Assembly (NCBI GenBank): GCA_017609445.1
Contig: JAFCDY010000002.1
Span: 1 to 54,998 of the forward strand
Reading direction: 5' to 3'
Length of the DNA: 54,998 nt
From: Candidatus Aenigmatarchaeota archaeon
Lineage (GTDB): Archaea > Aenigmatarchaeota > Aenigmatarchaeia > Aenigmatarchaeales > Aenigmatarchaeaceae
The position numbers and the translations under genes were made by a program. Below, piece by piece: positions 53,511 through 54,998 of this stretch (the stretch's first letter is position 1; each line of letters begins with the position of its first letter). The notes under the pieces were generated by a model. That model was not told the origin of the DNA, did not search any database, and worked only from the letters and a program-made list of their open reading frames with translations.

Positions 53511-54908
53511 ATGAAAAGACTAATACCTTTCTTGTTGGCGGTTTTGATAGTTTTGCCTATAGCCGCTTATGCCCAGGATTTCTCATTAACAATAGAAGAT
53601 GAAGATGAGTACCTGGCAGGAAAGACATATGACTTAAACCTAACAATAGACAATTCGGGTCCTGAGGAATGGTTCTCAATATCATTATTAGGCGTTCCTT
53701 CTGACTGGATGAGCACTTCAACAACATCTCTTAAAGTTGATCAGGGTTCGTCTGGCACAATGAGACTGATACTTTCTTCTCCAAAAGATTCAAAACCAGG
53801 GTTTTACAGTTATCTATTAACAGTCACGAGACCCAGCACAGAAGCAAAGGTGCAGAGGCAATTATTGGTGTGGATAAGGCAAATTTCGTCTGCTTTGGTG
53901 ACTGATGTCGAATTGAGCTGTAGACAGTGTCTGGACAGTGTTATTGTCTCTGGTTTTGTGGATAACATCGGAACAGTGGACCAGGAACTAACTCTCAATG
54001 TCAGGATGAATGACCAGGAGTTCACGCATGATCTCGGACTTTTGAATGTTTCTGACAAAATATCTTTTGAAGATACGTTCTCACTTGCAGACATGATGCC
54101 AGACAACTACAGCATAGAATTCGAACTAAAGAACAAATCAGGTCATATTGTATTTACAAACGAAGAGAAGTTTGATCTGAGAAGAGTAAAAAATATAAGT
54201 TATGTGAAGCGCTCGTCAACAAACCCATTTGGAATTTTTGTCACGCTGGGTGCGACAAACTATGGCAATGGTGTTGATACAGCAAACCTTAATTCGACAT
54301 TAACCAAAGAATGGTATACTGTTTATTCTGGTCCAGAACCATCAGATATTTCTGATAATGACTATGTCTGGTCAATAGAACTAAATCCAGAAGAGAGCAC
54401 AGAAATGAGTTACTCTGAAGTTTATTGGCCAGTCATTGTATTGATAATAGGTGTGATAATATTTGGTTTAATATCATACATTCAGTTAGTCACATTATCT
54501 ATAAGGAAGAGGGTAAGAACAAGGAAAATAGAAAAGGGCAAGCCAATTTCTGTCGCATTACATATAAAGAGCAGGATGAGGACAGCCGAGTCTGTTGTTG
54601 TAAAGGATTTCATCCCCAACGGATTCAAGATAACTCAAAAGTTTGAAACTGTCAAGCCCCTGATAAGAAAGAAAGATAATGGGACAGAAGTTGTCTGGAA
54701 AGTTGGAAGAATAGGCAAAAGCGAGGAAAGAATTCTTCACTATAGGATAACACCTGTCAAGGACTTCTCTGGTAAAGTTCAGTTACCGCCAAGCAAGATA
54801 AGAGTAAAGTACGGCGGAAAGCCTGCAGAAGAAAGATCAAATTCAGTTGTTCTTTATGGCAAGGGTGAAGAACCCCCAAAGAAGATACTTCTTGTGAAAG
54901 TTGAATAG
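53511..54908 (+). CDS. Membrane-spanning surface protein with an N-terminal NEW3/CARDB-like domain and a C-terminal DUF11-like domain
   Basis: Signal peptide MKRLIPFLLAVLIVLPIAAYA, a beta-rich ectodomain, a TM (VIVLIIGVIIFGLISYI) and a roughly 130-aa domain after the TM. The ATG is at 53511 within the track ORF. Confidence 0.6.
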   Translation: MKRLIPFLLAVLIVLPIAAYAQDFSLTIEDEDEYLAGKTYDLNLTIDNSGPEEWFSISLLGVPSDWMSTSTTSLKVDQGSSGTMRLILSSPKDSKPGFYSYLLTVTRPSTEAKVQRQLLVWIRQISSALVTDVELSCRQCLDSVIVSGFVDNIGTVDQELTLNVRMNDQEFTHDLGLLNVSDKISFEDTFSLADMMPDNYSIEFELKNKSGHIVFTNEEKFDLRRVKNISYVKRSSTNPFGIFVTLGATNYGNGVDTANLNSTLTKEWYTVYSGPEPSDISDNDYVWSIELNPEESTEMSYSEVYWPVIVLIIGVIIFGLISYIQLVTLSIRKRVRTRKIEKGKPISVALHIKSRMRTAESVVVKDFIPNGFKITQKFETVKPLIRKKDNGTEVVWKVGRIGKSEERILHYRITPVKDFSGKVQLPPSKIRVKYGGKPAEERSNSVVLYGKGEEPPKKILLVKVE

Positions 54909-54928
54909 AAGGGTATTTAAGTTTTTCT
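54906..54928 (+). promoter_or_regulatory. Second copy of the promoter module (TAGAAGGGTATTTAAGTTTTTCT)
   Basis: 22/23 identical to 12347-12369. It begins at the TAG stop of the preceding gene, and the downstream target runs off the window. Confidence 0.5.
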
Positions 54929-54998
54929 ACACAACATCATTATAGGTGTTAATTTGTCGTGTCCTTTTGAGAGAAGGATGTTCGATAGACACGAGAAC

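Noticed and set aside
54946-54998. A possible gene start (GTG 54946 or ATG 54978) and a 7-bp stem (54957-54963 with 54989-54995) after the second promoter copy
   Set aside because: Too little sequence remains before the window ends to decide between a CDS and an ncRNA. It is mentioned only under the promoter finding.
1-54998. Window-wide search by eye for CRISPR arrays, tRNA or rRNA genes, transposases or integrases, and reverse transcriptase/DGR template-variable repeat pairs
   Set aside because: I found no regularly spaced repeats, no T-arm-like GGTTCGAATCC-type motifs, no recombinase or RT motifs in any ORF, and no long near-identical repeat pairs other than those reported. A covariance-model scan would be needed to exclude small ncRNAs.

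Overview
The window is an AT-rich, densely packed stretch of archaeal chromosome, and the gene content and small-genome style look DPANN-like (inference). Most of it is housekeeping. It includes a near-complete exosome/proteasome superoperon: L15e, RNase P Rnp3 and Rnp2, PsmA, SBDS, Rrp4, Rrp41, Rrp42, L37Ae, RpoP, Pcc1 and prefoldin beta. Other housekeeping genes are ABCE1, a HemK/Mtq2-like methyltransferase, two Obg-superfamily GTPases, MetRS, ProRS, aIF5B, S6e, aIF2-gamma, Trm1, SepF and a DHH phosphoesterase.

The accessory content is as follows.
- A MacB/FtsX-type ABC transporter operon with a surface protein.
- A large glycoprotein-like surface protein.
- An mre11-nudix-rad50 operon.
- A putative small-ORF plus PIN pair.
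- A roughly 10-kb isoprenoid neighbourhood. Its six-gene operon (mvk, ubiX, ubiD-family, a methyltransferase, AcnX large and AcnX small) encodes the lower archaeal (trans-anhydromevalonate-phosphate) mevalonate pathway. Nearby are GGPP synthase, an IPK-HAD fusion, a second divergent kinase and a type-1 IDI.

I saw no rRNA, tRNA, CRISPR array, transposase, integrase or reverse transcriptase by eye.

The points most worth a second look are listed below.
1. A perfect 39-bp direct repeat brackets a roughly 1-kb orphan-gene insertion between two abutting convergent genes.
2. Lineage-specific orphan genes are wedged into the conserved superoperon.
3. A Nudix hydrolase is translationally coupled between mre11 and rad50, and rad50 is split by a frameshift at a homopolymer.
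4. A SAM methyltransferase sits inside the mevalonate operon, alongside the IPK-HAD fusion and the extra IPK-like kinase.
5. A 19-bp perfect tandem duplication splits a surface-protein gene.
6. MetRS has no canonical start codon at its conserved N-terminus.
7. A bacterial-type MetK is present.

None of these can be shown to be a new system from sequence alone. Every functional call rests on motif-level recognition of the translated ORFs, not on database searches.
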